From Pristiophorus japonicus (Eukaryota): a stretch of DNA of 64,000 nt. A model generated the notes under the pieces. The model ran no database searches and was not told where the DNA came from. It was given only the letters and a program-made list of their open reading frames with translations. Positions 1 through 13,494 of this stretch are shown piece after piece. The stretch covers positions 48,236,001 to 48,300,000 of the forward strand of contig NC_091979.1 of assembly GCF_044704955.1 (NCBI RefSeq). The letters run 5' to 3'. Position 1 is the first letter of the stretch, and each line of letters starts with the position of its first letter. The position numbers and the translations under genes are program-made.

Positions 1-580
1 AAAAATGAATACTTACCTTTCTGGTGGCAGCCTCCAGCCATCTCTTCAAGGACGACTGGATTGGCTGCTAAGCTTCTAAAAAAAGACCACAGCATGCACA
101 TTTTTTTTTAATCGATTGTCCAAAGTCAAGTTCGAAACAGACTTGGGCCTAAAATTGGTCCATGCAGCGACTATTTTCCAGATGCCGCATGGATTACTCA
201 GTAGCTCAGGCAGGAAGGGTGTGCACATTTCTGGTCAAAAGTGCACCATCCGCCAAGGACAAAAAATATGCGCCCCCTATGCGTGCCTGAACCAGGTGTT
301 AAGCCCCTTATTTGCATATGCAAAGGGCCTAAGGCCTATTTGGGGCCCCTGCTCCAAGATTGCGAGCGACCCACTTACCCGAGGGCTCCTGTGACAATAG
401 TAGCGGCCCCCATCTTGCATTCCTCTTCGCAGGCGTGCTCTCATCGCCTCACCGGCTGCACTGAAATGAGGCCCGAGGCCCAATATCGGGGGAGCTACGG
501 GCCTCACGATTCAGACACAGGGAATGTAACATGTGCCCCCCTGCCTGCACAAAAGTGGGCGAGCCCAAAATCCTGGGCCC
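1..580 (-). mobile_element. Harbinger-type non-autonomous element (MITE), one end only
   Basis: Ends in AAAATCCTGGGCCC at 580, a GGGCCC-type TIR like the other Harbinger ends here. GC-rich body. Minus-strand splice donor AAG|GTAAGT near 11-19. The other end lies outside the window. Confidence 0.55.
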
Positions 581-1487
581 AACTTGATGTCTTCTCGATT
601 GCTTTGACTCTGAAATGTGAGTTTAGATCATGAGAAACTTCCAAGGATTCAGCTTTGACCTTCAACCAGAGTCCTGACAGTACAGTCCGAACCTACTTTT
701 GTTCACAGGAAATTAAGATGCAGTGAGTAATGCTTTCCAATAAAGCTCATCACTTTTATACACTTAAAATGAATAAGCCACTGATATGGAATTTACAGTC
801 CAGGAGAAGGTTATTCAGCCCATTGCTGGTTAATAACAAAACTAAAACCGATTATAGAGGGAAACATTTGGGACAGAATAATTACAGTAAAGCAAACAAA
901 GGTTAATGTATTTTAATGCTGTTATATATTTCAGTGCATAATTATGGAAGACTCTGGAAAGGAGATTGTTTGGCTTTTATTAAATTTATGCACTATTTTA
1001 AATACGTTTTTATTGAATCCAAGCCAAATCCAAAACTTAAAAACGACGACCCCTTCCTCAGAATTTAGCTCAATGGCAAAGAACCTGGCTCAGCTCCAGG
1101 TTTCCATTTTGCCATTAAAAAATACAGGCTAGAAATTCCACATTTAAGAATAGCACGGTTTTGTGGCACTATTTGCGAATAACTATTTGCCGATGTTTTA
1201 ATGTCGAAATAGCGCCAAAAAAATAAGGCCTATGTTTCGCCAAAAGTTTTTAAATTTTTGGTGTAGCGTGAAAATACCACCGTTTTTAAGGATGGAGCTA
1301 AAATTTTTTGTGCTAAAAATAAAGCCCGTTCTGCGCACACGCAAAAAAGAAATCACCCGTTTTTCACATGACGGTGTGCCCGCACATGCGCAGTACATTT
1401 CCTGGTCTGGATCAGCCATTTTTAAAGACCACTGTAACTTACAGGAGGTTTGTGAGTACTTCCACACAGGAGTTGCAAAATGAAAAA

Positions 1488-4400
1488 TGGAGTCTGATTC
1501 GGAAAGGAAGGAGGCCCGGAAACTGAACCCAGACCCCAATGACGCCCTGGTAGGCGCTGTGGAGAGAGGATAGCGCCAGATAAACTTAAACTAGCAGCAA
1601 TAGCTCAAGTTTAGCAAAGCGTTGCAGAACAGGTTTCCTCAGTGGGGTCCATCAGGAGCTAGGAGCTAAATTAAAAAGTAGGACCTCAAAAGTAGTAATC
1701 TTGGGATTGCTACCAGTGCCACGTGCTAGTCAGAGTAGGAATCGCAGGATAGCGCAGATGAATACGTGGCTTGAGCAGTGGTGCAGCAGGGAGGGATTCA
1801 AATTCCTGGGGCATTGGAACCGGTTCTGGGGGAGGTGGGACCAGTACAAACCGGACGGTCTGCACCTGGGCAGGACCGGAACCAATGTCCTCGGGGGAGT
1901 GTTTGCTAGTGCTGTTGGGGAGGAGTTAAACTAATATGGCAGGGGGATGGGAACCAATGCAGGGAGACAGAGGGAAACAAAAAGGAGGCAAAAGTAAAAG
2001 ACAGAAAGGAGATGAGGAAAAGTGGAGGGCAGAGAAACACAAGGCAAAGAACAAAAAGAGCTACTGTACAGCAAAATTCTAAAAGGACAAAGGGTGTTAA
2101 AAAAACAAGCCTGAAGGCTTTGTGTCTTAGTGCAAGGAGTATCCGCAATAAGGTGGATGAATTAACTGTGCAAATAGATGTTAACAAATATGATGTGATT
2201 GGGATTACAGAGACGTGGCTCCAGGATGATCAGGGCTGGGAACTCAACATCCAGGGGTATTCAACATTCAGGAAAGATAGAATAAAAGGAAAAGCAGGTG
2301 GGGTAGCATTGCTGGTTAAAGAGGAGATTAATGCAATAGTTTGGAAAGACATTAGCTTGGATGATGTGGAATCTATATGGGTAGAGCTGCAGAACACCAA
2401 AGGGCAAAAAACGTTAGTGGGAGTTGTGTACAGACCTCCAAACAGTAGTAATGATGTTGGGGAGGGCATCAAACATGAAATTAGGGGTGCATGCAATAAA
2501 GGTGCAGCAGTTATAATGGGTGACTTTAATATGCACATAGATTGGGCTAACCAAACTGGAAGCAATACAGTGGAGGAGGATTTCCTGGAGTGCATAAGGG
2601 ATGGTTTTCTAGATCAATAAGTCGAGGAACCAACGAGGGGGGAGGCCATCTTAGACTGGGTGTTGTGTAATGAGAGAGGATTAATTAGCAATCTCATTGT
2701 GCGAGGCCCCTTGGGGAAGAGTGACCATAATATGGTGGAATTCTGCATTAGGATGGAGAATGAAACAGTTAATTCAGAGACCATGGTCCAGAGCTCAAGG
2801 AAGGGTAACTTTGAAGGTATGAGGCGTGAATTGGCTAGGATAGATTGGCAAATGATACTTAAGGGGTTGTCAGTGAATGGGCAATGGCAGACATTTAGAG
2901 ACCGCATGGATGAACTACAACAATTGTACATTCCTGTCTGGCGTAAAAATAAAAAAGGGAATGTGGCTCAACCATGGCTATCAAGGGAAATCAGGGATAG
3001 TATTAAAGCCAAGGAAGTGGCATACAAATTGGCCAGAAATAGCAGACAAATTGGCCAGAAATAGCAGCGAACCTGGGGACTGGGAGAAATTTAGAACTCA
3101 ACAGAGGAGGACAAAGGGTTTGATTAGGGCAGGGAAAATGGAGTACGAGAAGAAGCTTGCAGGGAACATTAAGACGGATTGCAAAAGTTTCTATAGATAT
3201 GTAAAGAGAAAAAGGTTAGTAAAGACAAACGTAGTCCCCTGCAGTCAGAATCAGGGGAAGTCATAACGGGGAACAAAGAAGTGGCAGACCAATTGAACAA
3301 GTACTTTGGTTCGGTATTCACTAAGGAGGACACAAACAACCGTCCGGATATAAAAGGGGTTAGAGGGTCTAGTAAGGAGGAGGAACTGAGGGAAATCTTT
3401 ATTCGTCGGGAAATTGTGTTGGGGAAATTGATGGGATTGAAGGCCGATAAATCCCCAGGGCCTGATGGACTGCATCCCAGAGGACTTAAGGAGGTGGCCT
3501 TGGAAATAGCGGATGCATTGACAGTCATTTTCCAACATTCCATAGACTCTGGATCAGTTCCTATTGAGTGGAGGGTAGCCAATGTAACCCCACTTTTTAA
3601 AAAAGGAGGGAGAAAGAAAACAGGGAATTATAGACCGGTCATCCTGACATCGGTAGTGGGTAAAATGATGGAATCAATTATTAAGGATGTCATAGCAGCG
3701 CATTTGCAAAGAGGTGACATGATAGGTCCAAGTCAGCATGGATTTGTGAAAGAGAAATCATGCTTGACAAATCTTCTGGAATTTTTTGAGGATGTTTCCA
3801 GTAGAGTGGACAAGGGAGAATCAGTTGATGTGGTGTATTTGGACTTTCAGAAGGCTTTCGACAAGGTCCCACACAAGAGATTAATGTGCAAAGTTAAAGC
3901 ACATGGGATTGGGGGTAGTATGCTGACGTGGATTAAGAACTGGTTGTCAGACAGGAAGCAAAGAGTAGGAGTAAATGGGTACTTTTCAGAATGGCAGGCA
4001 GTGACTAGTGGGGTACCGCAAGGTTCTGTGCTGGGGCCCCAGCTGTTTACATTGTACATTAATGATTTAGACGAGGGGATTAAATGTAGTATCTCCAAAT
4101 TTGCAGATGACACTAAGTTGGGTGGCAGTGTGAGCTGCGAGGAGGATGCTATGAGGCTGCAGAGTGACTTGGATAGGTTAGGTGAGTGGGCAAATGCATG
4201 GCAGATGAAGTATAATGTGGATAAATGTGAGGTTATCCACTTTGGTAGTAAAAACAGAGAGACAGACTATTATCTGAATGGTGACAGATTAGGGAAAGGG
4301 GAGATGCAACGAGACCTGGGTGTCATGGTACATCAGTCATTGATGGTTGGCATGCAGGTACAGCAGGCGGTTAAGAAAGCAAATGCATGTTGGCCTTCAT

Positions 4401-6413
4401 AGCGAGGGGATTTGGGTACAGGGGCAGGGAGGTGTTGCTACAGTTGTACAGGGCCTTGGTGAGGCCACACCTGGAGTATTGTGTACAGTTTTGGTCTCCT
4501 AACTTGAGGAAGGACATTCTTGCTATTGAGGGAGTGCAGCGAAGATTCACCAGACTGATTCCCGGGATGGTGGGACAGACCTATCAAGAAAGACTGGATC
4601 AACTGGGCTTGTATTCACTGGAGTTCAGAAGAATGAGAGGGGACCTCATCGAAACGTTTAAAATTCTGACGGGTTTAGACAAGTTAGATGCAGGAAGAAT
4701 GTTCCCAATGTTGGGGAAGTCCAGAACCAGGGGTCACAGTCTAAGGATAAGGGGTAAGCCATTTAGGACCGAGATGAGGAGAAACTTCTTCACCCAGAGA
4801 GTAGTGAACCTGTGGAATTCTCTACCACAGAAAGTAGTTGAGGCCAATTCACTAAATATATTCAAAAGGGAAGTTAGATGAAGTCCTTACTACAAGGGGG
4901 ATCAAGGGGTATGGCGAGAAAGCAGGAAGTGGGTACTGAAGTTGCATGTTCAGCCATGAACTCATTGAATGGCGGTGCAGGCTAGAAGGGCTGAATGGCC
5001 TACTCCTGCACCTATTTTCTATGTTTCTATATCTATGTTTCTAGGAGGATTGGCCAGCAGTGCCGGAAGAAGTTCAGGACCTTAGCCAAGCAGTTAGAGT
5101 AAGTAATGTTTTTATTCATGCACTACAATTACTTGAATTGTAAATGTGACTATCTGTATGTGCCACAACAGCAGAAGGCCCTTCTGTTAAAAAATTCTAT
5201 TGCCATCTTTGCAGAAGGTGTCCGACAACAACCGAGAGCGGACGAAAATTGGTGGAGGTCCAACAACACTGCACCCACTAACAGCCTTGGAAAGTGGGTA
5301 TTATTGATGAGTCCCGCAGATCGACCACCCATTCAAATGCTGGGCCCAGTTTGCAGAGAGGGTAAGTCCTGCAAAATCCAGTATGAGTTGGCACAACTGG
5401 GCTACGCTTCGGTTTATGCGATGTATTCTCCGTCGGCTACGCTTCGGTTTATGCGATGTAATATCATTCGTCGTGGTCCTTCAAATGAGCCTGCGCTATG
5501 TGAGCCTACTCATGTCACCCTGTCCCCTCCCCTGCTGCTAACCATTCGTGTGTTGTGTTATATTTTGCAGATGTTTCACAGACATCCAATAATGAAGGGG
5601 AGGACCCGGCCACCTTGCCACAAGCAGAATTGGATGAGCCCGACGACCGCGGCGATACTGAACAAATTCTACAGGGCGATCAGGAGGAGGAGGAGGAGCA
5701 GGAGGCCGACAATATTTTTCATGAGGGTGGGTGGTGGGTCAGAGGAGGATGATTAGACGGTGGTATTGCAATTCGAGGAGGTGTAGGCCATGGATGTACC
5801 AAGCGTTTTCAACAACTCTACGTGCAAAGGGACATTTCTGGGTTGTCCACCCTACGAGGTCACGGGTCCCAGTGGGTTGCAGGAAAGCACACCCAGGGCA
5901 GCAGCAGGCCCGTCTGTACGGAGGAGGAGGAGGAGAGCTGAACAGTACTCTCCTGAAATGCAGGCTCCACGGGAGGTGGTGGAGCTCATGGGAATAAGTG
6001 GGGAGAGCGTTCAGCTTACAAAATCGCTCCGTGAGGCCATGGGTGGGATCAAGGGAGAAATAGGAGCACTACCTGGTGACATTAGGGAGGGCATGTCAAG
6101 AGGAATAGCAGCACTATCTGCATGTTGGAGATAGTCGCTACAACGCAGGCACACACCCAGGCTTTCATTGCCCAGCGGCAATTGACGGTATCAAGTGATG
6201 CCACTCCCACTCCAATCCCGCAGGTTGATCCACAGGCCGAAGAGGCTGAACCCGGGCCTTCCGGATTGCCGTCTCCTGGATCTGTCCCCCAAACAGAGCG
6301 TCGTACCCGAGACACTAATAAGAAGCTTGGGCTCACCAGGAGAGAGTAGGGCTCAGCGTGCGGTAACGGGCACAGCTAATGACAAGATGGGCAGGCGGTG
6401 CAGCGGTGTTTGA
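1488..6413 (+). pseudogene. Harbinger Myb/SANT-like DNA-binding protein gene, 3 exons, disrupted
   Basis: ATG 1488 (MESDSERKEARKL...). Removing the CR1 restores QSVAEQVSSVGSIRRIGQQCRKKF. Donor 5099, acceptor ~5214, exon 2 KVSDNNRERTKIGGG, donor 5362, acceptor 5570. Acidic last exon carries an SPEMQ motif shared with element #2. Stops and frameshifts present. Confidence 0.8.
1659..5042 (+). mobile_element. CR1 LINE, 5'-truncated within ORF1; ORF2 (APE endonuclease + RT) disrupted
   Basis: ORF1 esterase C-terminus (DGLHL). ORF2 motifs [31 protein letters not shown] at 2618 and a 22-bp tandem duplication at 3024-3067. (TTCTATGT)n tail. TSD AGGAG at 1654-1658 and 5043-5047. Confidence 0.95.
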
Positions 6414-6706
6414 ATAAGAGGGTGGGGGAAGTGGCTGCAGCTAAAGTTTGTTTGCTGCTGTTGTTGTTGTTGTTGTTGTGCTGTTCTTTTGTTCTTTTAT
6501 TGTTATTTAAGTGATGTTAATTTAAAAGTTTAAAGTTTAATATAAATGTTTTTCTTAAAATTAAGTACAAGTGTACAAATGTTTAATAAACTGCAAATTA
6601 TTTTTTCGACTAAACCAAACTTATGTAATGCCTCATTTGCAAAATAACAGGTGGAAATAGTCAACATGGTGGAATACAGTGGGCAGTCCATGATGAAACG
6701 TGCCGT

Positions 6707-7910
6707 TCAGCCTTCGTGCAATGCGGTGTGAAGTATCAGCTGCTGATGCAAGGCTCTTGCAATGGTGTAAGATGCATGAGGCCTCCTCTCCCATTGGTCT
6801 GCGGGTTGAAGTGGTGGCATGGGTTCCTCGTCCTCTTCCTCATTCTCATTGACAGCCTTCTCCACTGCCCCCACCCTCACCTGAGGTGGTTCTGCAGTCC
6901 TCCAGTGGGAAATCTTGTTCCCTCATGGTGGTTGAGTTGTGTAGCATGCAGCGCACCACAGTGAACTCACCGACCTGCTCAGGGGAGTATTGCAGGGAGC
7001 CTCCAGAGTGGTCCAGGAATTGGAAACGCTGCTTTAGCACTACAATTGTCTTCTCAACGATGTTGCTGTGACTATATGGCAGATATTGTAGTGACGCTCG
7101 CCTTCTGTCCGCGGTTTGCGGAGGGGGGTCTCATGAGCCAGGTGGCGAGCCCGTAACCTTTGTCCTCCAGCATCCAGCTCTGGCCTTCTAGCTGCTGCTC
7201 AAACATCTGTGTCACACTGTTCTCATGCAAGGTGAAAGCATCATGGATGCTCCCTGGAAATTTTGCATCTACTGCCATGATACGCTGCATATGGTCGAAG
7301 ACGATCTGTACGTTCAGCGAGTGGAATCCCTTTCGGTTTCGGTAAACCTCCGGATTGTCTAAAGGTATTCGCAGAGCGATGTGCGTACAATCAATGGCAG
7401 CCTGTACCTTAGGGAAGCCAGCAACTCGTGCAAAGCATAAAGCCCTCTCATTTTGTGCCTCCCTGGTCATTGGGAAGTTGATGAAGTCGTCCCTGCGTGC
7501 GTACAGTGCCCTTGTCACCTGGCGAATGCAGTTATGTGTAGCGTGCTGCGAGATGCAGCATACGTCCCCAGTTGGTGCCTGAAAGGAGCCGGAGGCATAG
7601 AAGGAAAGTGCCACAGTTACCTTGAACTCGACGGGCAATACAGTCCTCCTCGCGCTTGTAGGCTGTATGTCTGCCTTTATGAGCTGGCATATCTCTGTGA
7701 CTACCTCTTTTCAAAAGCGCAGCCTTCTCGCACACTGTGCCTCAGTCAGGTGCAGGTATGAAATCCTGTCCCCTCAGGGTAAGGCCTCCTCCCCAGAAGT
7801 CTGCAACCTCTTTGATTATGCAGACAATGCTGCCAAATAATCCTTCTTTGATGAAAAACCATAAGAGCATAAGTACGCACCACATATGACAAAGTTAGAC
7901 TAGCCCCGAT
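6707..7910 (-). pseudogene. Harbinger DDE transposase (HARBI1-like), decayed
   Basis: ALSFYASG, AIDCTH, RNRKGFHSLNVQ, PGSIHDAF, DKGY, LKQRF..LDHSGG.LQYSP across frameshifts. Start codon apparently mutated to ATC at ~7910. Confidence 0.9.
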
Positions 7911-8688
7911 TCTTTAAATGTCCTTAAATGTCCTTAACAACTCATTCTAAACTCACTAAAAGCTCAATCTGTGAATGCAGCCTTCCCTCCAAAAGCTTTA
8001 ACTCAGCTCCGTTTTCCAAGATCGCACTGTTGACGCTGATTTCAATTGGACTCGACCAGTTATGGCAAGCTTGTTAAAAATGGTATTTAGCACTGTCTTA
8101 AAAATATCCTTATTTGGGGAAACTCGCAAAAACGGCATTATCATTGAGTCTGACCCCGAGTGACGTCACAAAAACGGTTCTCAAAAAAATAGGCCCTTAT
8201 TTTTTAAGGACGGCGCTACACCACAGCGAAACTAGCAAAATGGCCTTAAATTTATTTATCACCAAAAGAAAACTTTTAGCTCCAAAAAATGGAGCTAAAT
8301 CGATCGTTACGGTGGCAAATTTCTGGCCCACGGAGTCCAATCCTCATAAAACTCCATTTTTTTTATCAAATTGTTCAAATTAAATTAACATGGATTTGGC
8401 CTAGATTTGGATTCAAAAATCTGTATTTTAAGAAGCACGTAATATCACATCTGTTTGAGTGTTGAAAGTGGGATTAGACTTGTGGCACTTAACTTAATTT
8501 TCTCAAGTATGGCTTCTGCAGCACTTAGGCTCAAAGGAGGTTCAAGTGCTCTAGCCAACAATATAATGTAGGAACAAGGAAAGACAATTTAGCTTATCCA
8601 GCTTTCTATTTCACATGTGTCTTTTTTCAAGACCAGAACTGATTAATTTTTATCTATTTCTTATCCTAAATTAAGCATGGATTGTTAC

Positions 8689-9017
8689 CTGACACTCCAG
8701 CGCAGGGCTGAGAGAGCACTGCACTCTCAAAGGTGCTGTCCTTTGGAGGAGACATTAAATTCAGTTCCTGTCTACCCTCTCAGGTGGGTGTTAAAAATTT
8801 GTGTCACTATTCAAAGAAGAGCAGGCGAGTTTGCCCATATCCTGGTCAACAGTTATCCTTCAACCAACATAACTAAAACAGATTACTGGGTCGGTTACCT
8901 CATTGATGTTTGTGATGTCTTGCTGTGTGTATCTACATTACAACAGTGGCCACACTGTAAAAGTACTGCATCCTAAAGTGCTTTAGGACATCCTGAGATC
9001 ATGAAAGGCACTAGAAA
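8689..9017 (+). mobile_element. Deu-domain SINE, 5'-truncated and diverged
   Basis: Aligns by eye to the full copies at 22334 and 27985. Confidence 0.75.
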
Positions 9018-9019
9018 CC

Positions 9020-9515
9020 TTTGGTCTTCCATTCACCACCAAGTCTTCTGCAGCCGTTGATCTGCTTAACCACCCCATCGCCTACATCTTTGATGCCCTT
9101 ACCATTAATCCCCTCCTCCAAAACACCACCCTCTATCTCTCTGTCTTTGCAAGCTATCGCCTGATCTAAAACCTTCCTTTCCTCTCCAACGTGCCTGAAC
9201 GTGTTGTCACCTCTCAAATCCTGCTTATGCAACGTTCTTATCCCTACTGACCTGCATAAGCTCCCTGTCCCCAAAACGTCTCCAATTTAAAAGTCAAGGG
9301 TTATGGGAAACAGACAGGAAAGCGGAGCTGAGGCCAAGATCAGATCAGCCATGGCGGAGCAGGCTCAAGGGGCCGTATGGACTACTCCAGCTCCTATTTC
9401 TTATGTTCTGCTCATGGTTAAATCCCCTTCATGGCATTGCCCCTCCTCCAGCCCTACAACCTCACCAAAACTCTCCTTCCCTCCGAATCCCCCCTCCCTT
9501 TGCCTCACCATTGGT
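9020..9515 (+). mobile_element. L2-like fragments with an embedded CR1 3' tail (~9291-9408)
   Basis: Resembles the L2 3' region at 51312-51720. The CR1 tail motif GATCAGCCATG...CTCCTATTTCTTATG is present. Confidence 0.5.
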
Positions 9516-10929
9516 GCCTGTGAAGGACAAGCCACATTAAACAGCTCCACCTTAGCAACAGACAGTTTTGCTTGAGGCAATACCTTTATGCCCATTAGGA
9601 AAGGGTCATCGGCTTCATAATTAAATAATACATGATATAATTCTCCCTTTGTTCTAAAACAGCAATGCCACAGGAAATCTGCATGCTTGGATGCCATATT
9701 AAAAAACAACTTTGAGTGTCAACTGGAAATGTACAATAAAGCAATAATGAACAATACAATATTTAACGCTACAAAAAAAACACAAACTCTGCATTTTCCC
9801 ATCAAATCTGTCAAGGCAACAATCAGACACTTGGCATGGTGATTGTTTGGGTACAAGAGTTGGTTTTATTTTGCTGGCATTAATAGACTCTGAAGGATTA
9901 ATGTAACATCAGTATCATAGCTTGCCTTTGATAGGCAAGACAGGCCCATATAATGTAACAGTAGCGCAGAGTGACAATTATGAACTATGACTGATGGGAT
10001 CCAGGAATGCATTCTGATACACTAGTGGGAAAAGTCACTATTTGATCTTTAGTGAGTTCCATAATTCTATTCTGAATACAAGTCAACAGAAGTAGAAGGC
10101 CCTTTGTGACTTGGTTTGTTTTTTTGTCTCTCAAAAACAGATTTTGTCTGTTATGAAAAATAGTTTTGGCACCGCAATCTATTCATCATATTGCTCCCTG
10201 GTGCAGTTCTTTGAATCTATTTCTTGAAGTTTTGAAAACTTCATCTATTAGCCATCAATCTCACCGTGTGTCAAATATTTGGCCTCATACGTAAGCAGAA
10301 GGCACACTGAAACCAATAGTGCTCTTTTGTTAAGCCGATGGGTCATTCATCACACGCCGATTTGCATAAATTCCCTTTGGTGCTCTGGAGTATCCAGTGG
10401 CACCTTCTAATCTTCACTGACCAGAAACAGAAAAACATTAGAAACTAAATGAATTTTACCCTATTGGACCCTGGTACTCCCAAAAGGCTTAAATGTCTGT
10501 TGTGCAAAAATTAAAGATAGGGAAAAACCAAGCAATATTCTTTTAAATATTGATATGGAATTGGGGAATAAGCAACTTTCAACCCTAAAACCGGCATTGC
10601 AGGTTGGGCGTCTGTTATAAAAACCATCCATTTTTCCTTTCCATGAAAATTAATGCAACGGAAAATCCATCTGTTTCAGGCGCCCAATCCTTAACGCCAG
10701 TTTTATGCTCCAGCAGCAAGTTGAAAATTAGCCTGCAGTATCATCAAATTTATCGATCCCATAAAGCTCTCTGGCCAGATTACTAGTACAAAGGAGATTG
10801 ATTACCTTTAGAGGTACTTCAACCAATTTTACAGATGGGCTGAGATATGACAGGAGAGTAATAGAAAATGGAGGGTAATGGACACAAGAACAGATAGCAA
10901 AAAAGAGGCATGCTACATGAAAGGGATCT

Positions 10930-11730
10930 ATTTTACATAGGATAATGCAGCACAGAAACAGATCATTCGGCCCAACCAGTCCATCCCGGCATTTATGCTT
11001 CACACAAGCCTCCTCCCGTCTTTCCTCATTTAGCTCTTCGCCCACAAACGTTTATCTAACTGCCCCTTAAATGCATCTATACCATTAGCGAGTTCCACAT
11101 GTTCACCACTCTCTGGGTGAAGAAGTTTCTTCTGAAATCCCTATTTGATTTCTTGTTGACTATCTTATATTGATGGCCTCTGGATTTGCTCTTCCCCACA
11201 AATGGAAACACTCTCTCTGTAACCACTCTATCAAAACTTTTCATAATTTTAAAGACCTCTATTAGGTCACCCCTCAGCCTTCTTTTTTCAAGAGAAAAGA
11301 GACCCAGCCTGTTCATCCTTTCCTGATAGGTATATCCTCACATTTCTGGTATCATTCTTGTAAATCTCTGCACCCTCTCCAGTGCCTCCATATCCTTTTT
11401 ATAATATGGCTACCAGAATTGTACACAGTGCTCTCGGTGTGGTCTAACCAAGGTTTGATACAAGTTTAGCATAACTTCACTACTTTTCGATTCTATACCT
11501 TCAGAAATAAACTCATGTTTGGTTTGCTTTTTTATGGCCTTGTTAACCTGTGTGGCTACTTTTAGTGATTTGTGTATTTGTACTCTGAGATCCCTTTGCT
11601 TCTCGACCCCACCCAGACTCCCACCCTCCAAATAATATGTGACCCAGCTATTCTTCCTACCAACATGTAATACCTCACATTTATCTGTTTTGAAATTAAT
11701 TTGCCAATTATATGCCCATTCTGCAAGTTT
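10930..11730 (-). mobile_element. CR1 3' fragment, older subfamily
   Basis: QRDLRVQIH..., LVRPH..CVQFW, LGLFSLEKRRLRGDLIEVFK, RNFFTQRVVN, plus 3' UTR. Confidence 0.85.
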
Positions 11731-11959
11731 ATTAAAGTCTATTAAAAGTAGGTCAGTGGAACTGTTGAATTGGGCTTAACTTGAAAGGTCTTGAAGGGTT
11801 TATGGCCCACCCAGACTGTTTCTTTTAAAGATTAAACAAACTAGCTTTTGTCCTTGTGGACTAGAGACCTTTGGGAGGTTGGGGAGGACGGGGTGGGGGG
11901 CGGGGGAGGATCACATATTCTAAGCCAGCAAATAAGAAATATAAGAAATATAGGACTGC

Positions 11960-12670
11960 ACTGCTTAGGCTTCAAGATCTGGATTGACAGGCCTTGGAGT
12001 GTGCCTATGGGTCTCATGCTATAGGTTGTACCCCGGTATAAGGCAGTGGTTAGGTTATACATGGAGTGTTATGTGCAGTTCTGGTCAGCCAAACATAGAA
12101 GGGCATTTTTCCCTTCTGATGGAACAGAGGTGAGCAGCAAATACAATTCTGGGTATCAGAAATTTATGTTTGAGTAAGGTTGAGGAAGTTGCATTTGTTT
12201 TCTTTGGAAAAGAGATTTCAAGGTCGATGGCCCCGTTAAAATTTTCAAGATTATAAAGGGATGGGTAAAATTGGTCCAAGCAAATTATTCAATGAGGAAG
12301 TTTGGACAAAGAAGGGAAGTCAGGTGGAATGCGGTCACCAAAGAGCTATTACATAGAATGACATGGAATGGACAGACAACCAGGCCATTCAGCCCAACTG
12401 GTCCATACTGCTGTTTATGTTCCACACCAGCCTCCTCCCATCCCTCTTCCTCTAATCCTACCAGCATAACCTTCTTTTCTTTTCTCGTTCAGGTGTTTAT
12501 CTGGCTTCCCCTTAAAAGCATCTATGCTAATCGCCTCAACTACTCCATGTGATAGCAAGTTCCACATTCTAAACACTTTCTGGGTAAAGAAGTTCTCCTA
12601 AACTCCCTATTGGATTGGTTAGTGACTAGCTTATATTTATGACCCCTAATTTTGGTCTCCCCCACAAGTA
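11960..12670. mobile_element. Two degenerate CR1 fragments (+ ~11960-12350; - tail ~12350-12670)
   Basis: Recognisable CR1 ORF2 3' and 3'UTR similarity to the neighbouring copies. Confidence 0.6.
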
Positions 12671-13494
12671 GAAACATAAAGTTGTGGACAGAGTGATCAA
12701 CATTGGGAACTTGTTACGAGTCAGATTTAAGCCAAGAGAAATATCCAACAGAGTGGTGCTGGTCACTTCTATAAGCAGTCTTGCCATCTTCTGAATGGCA
12801 AATCAAAATGGCAGTGGACAAGTTTTGATTAAACACTTTCTGAGTGTCCAAGTTCTGAACCTTCCAATCAGGGTACCAAAAAAAACTTAACTTCCGGATT
12901 GACTGTACTCTGTGCGCTGTTGCCTAACAGTCAGTCTTTCAAAGAACTGAACTTTTCACTTGAGATTTGCAGTCTTTTTATTACTCATTAACCCGTGATG
13001 GAAAATGTACCCACTTTTTGGTGAAGGGTACAGTGAGCAAACACAAAAAGACCTACAAATCATAAAGGGCAGGATTTCCCTTTTAATTTTATGCAAGGGA
13101 AGCAGGAAATGAGCAGAGTTGTGCTTTATTGCCTGCTTCCTGTCGTACAGTTCATGCTTGAAACGGCTCAGTGCCCGCATTGATTGCTTTGTCGGCAGGT
13201 CAACCACAAAACCTCAAACTATGAAAAGTCAAAATACACACTTTACAATAAGTCAACTCACTTAAAGCTGCAGTACTCCTTCTTTTGTATGCATTCTTCC
13301 AGTACAATCTTACCAGCACATAGGATGCCTAGAATCAGAATTGGCAAAACGTGTGAATATTAGAGACTAAGGGCATAAATGGAGTGGAAAGAAGTTAGGA
13401 GGAAAATTAGAAACTGGCTGATGTCCTAATTTAATCAATTCACTGCAGTTTTTGGACGTGGTAACTTTTAAGTTCAGGAATATGTGTACATGCA

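Larger units (their letters stand above)
1127..8329 (+). mobile_element. Decayed autonomous PIF/Harbinger transposon #1, containing a CR1 insertion
   Basis: Imperfect TIRs GGCTAGAAATT / AATTTCTGGCCC with flanks ACA/ACG. Convergent Myb/SANT-like gene (+) and DDE transposase (-), the typical Harbinger layout. Confidence 0.85.
995..8432. mobile_element. Old AT-rich inverted-repeat element split by the Harbinger insertion (arms ~995-1126 and ~8330-8432)
   Basis: Left TTTAAATACGTTTTTATTGAATCCAAGCCAAATCCA resembles the reverse complement of right TGGATTTGGCCTAGATTTGGATTCAAAAATCTGTATTTTA. Confidence 0.45.

Noticed and set aside
5106-5756. 216-aa ORF
   Set aside because: Runs through predicted introns of the Myb-like gene, largely out of its frame.
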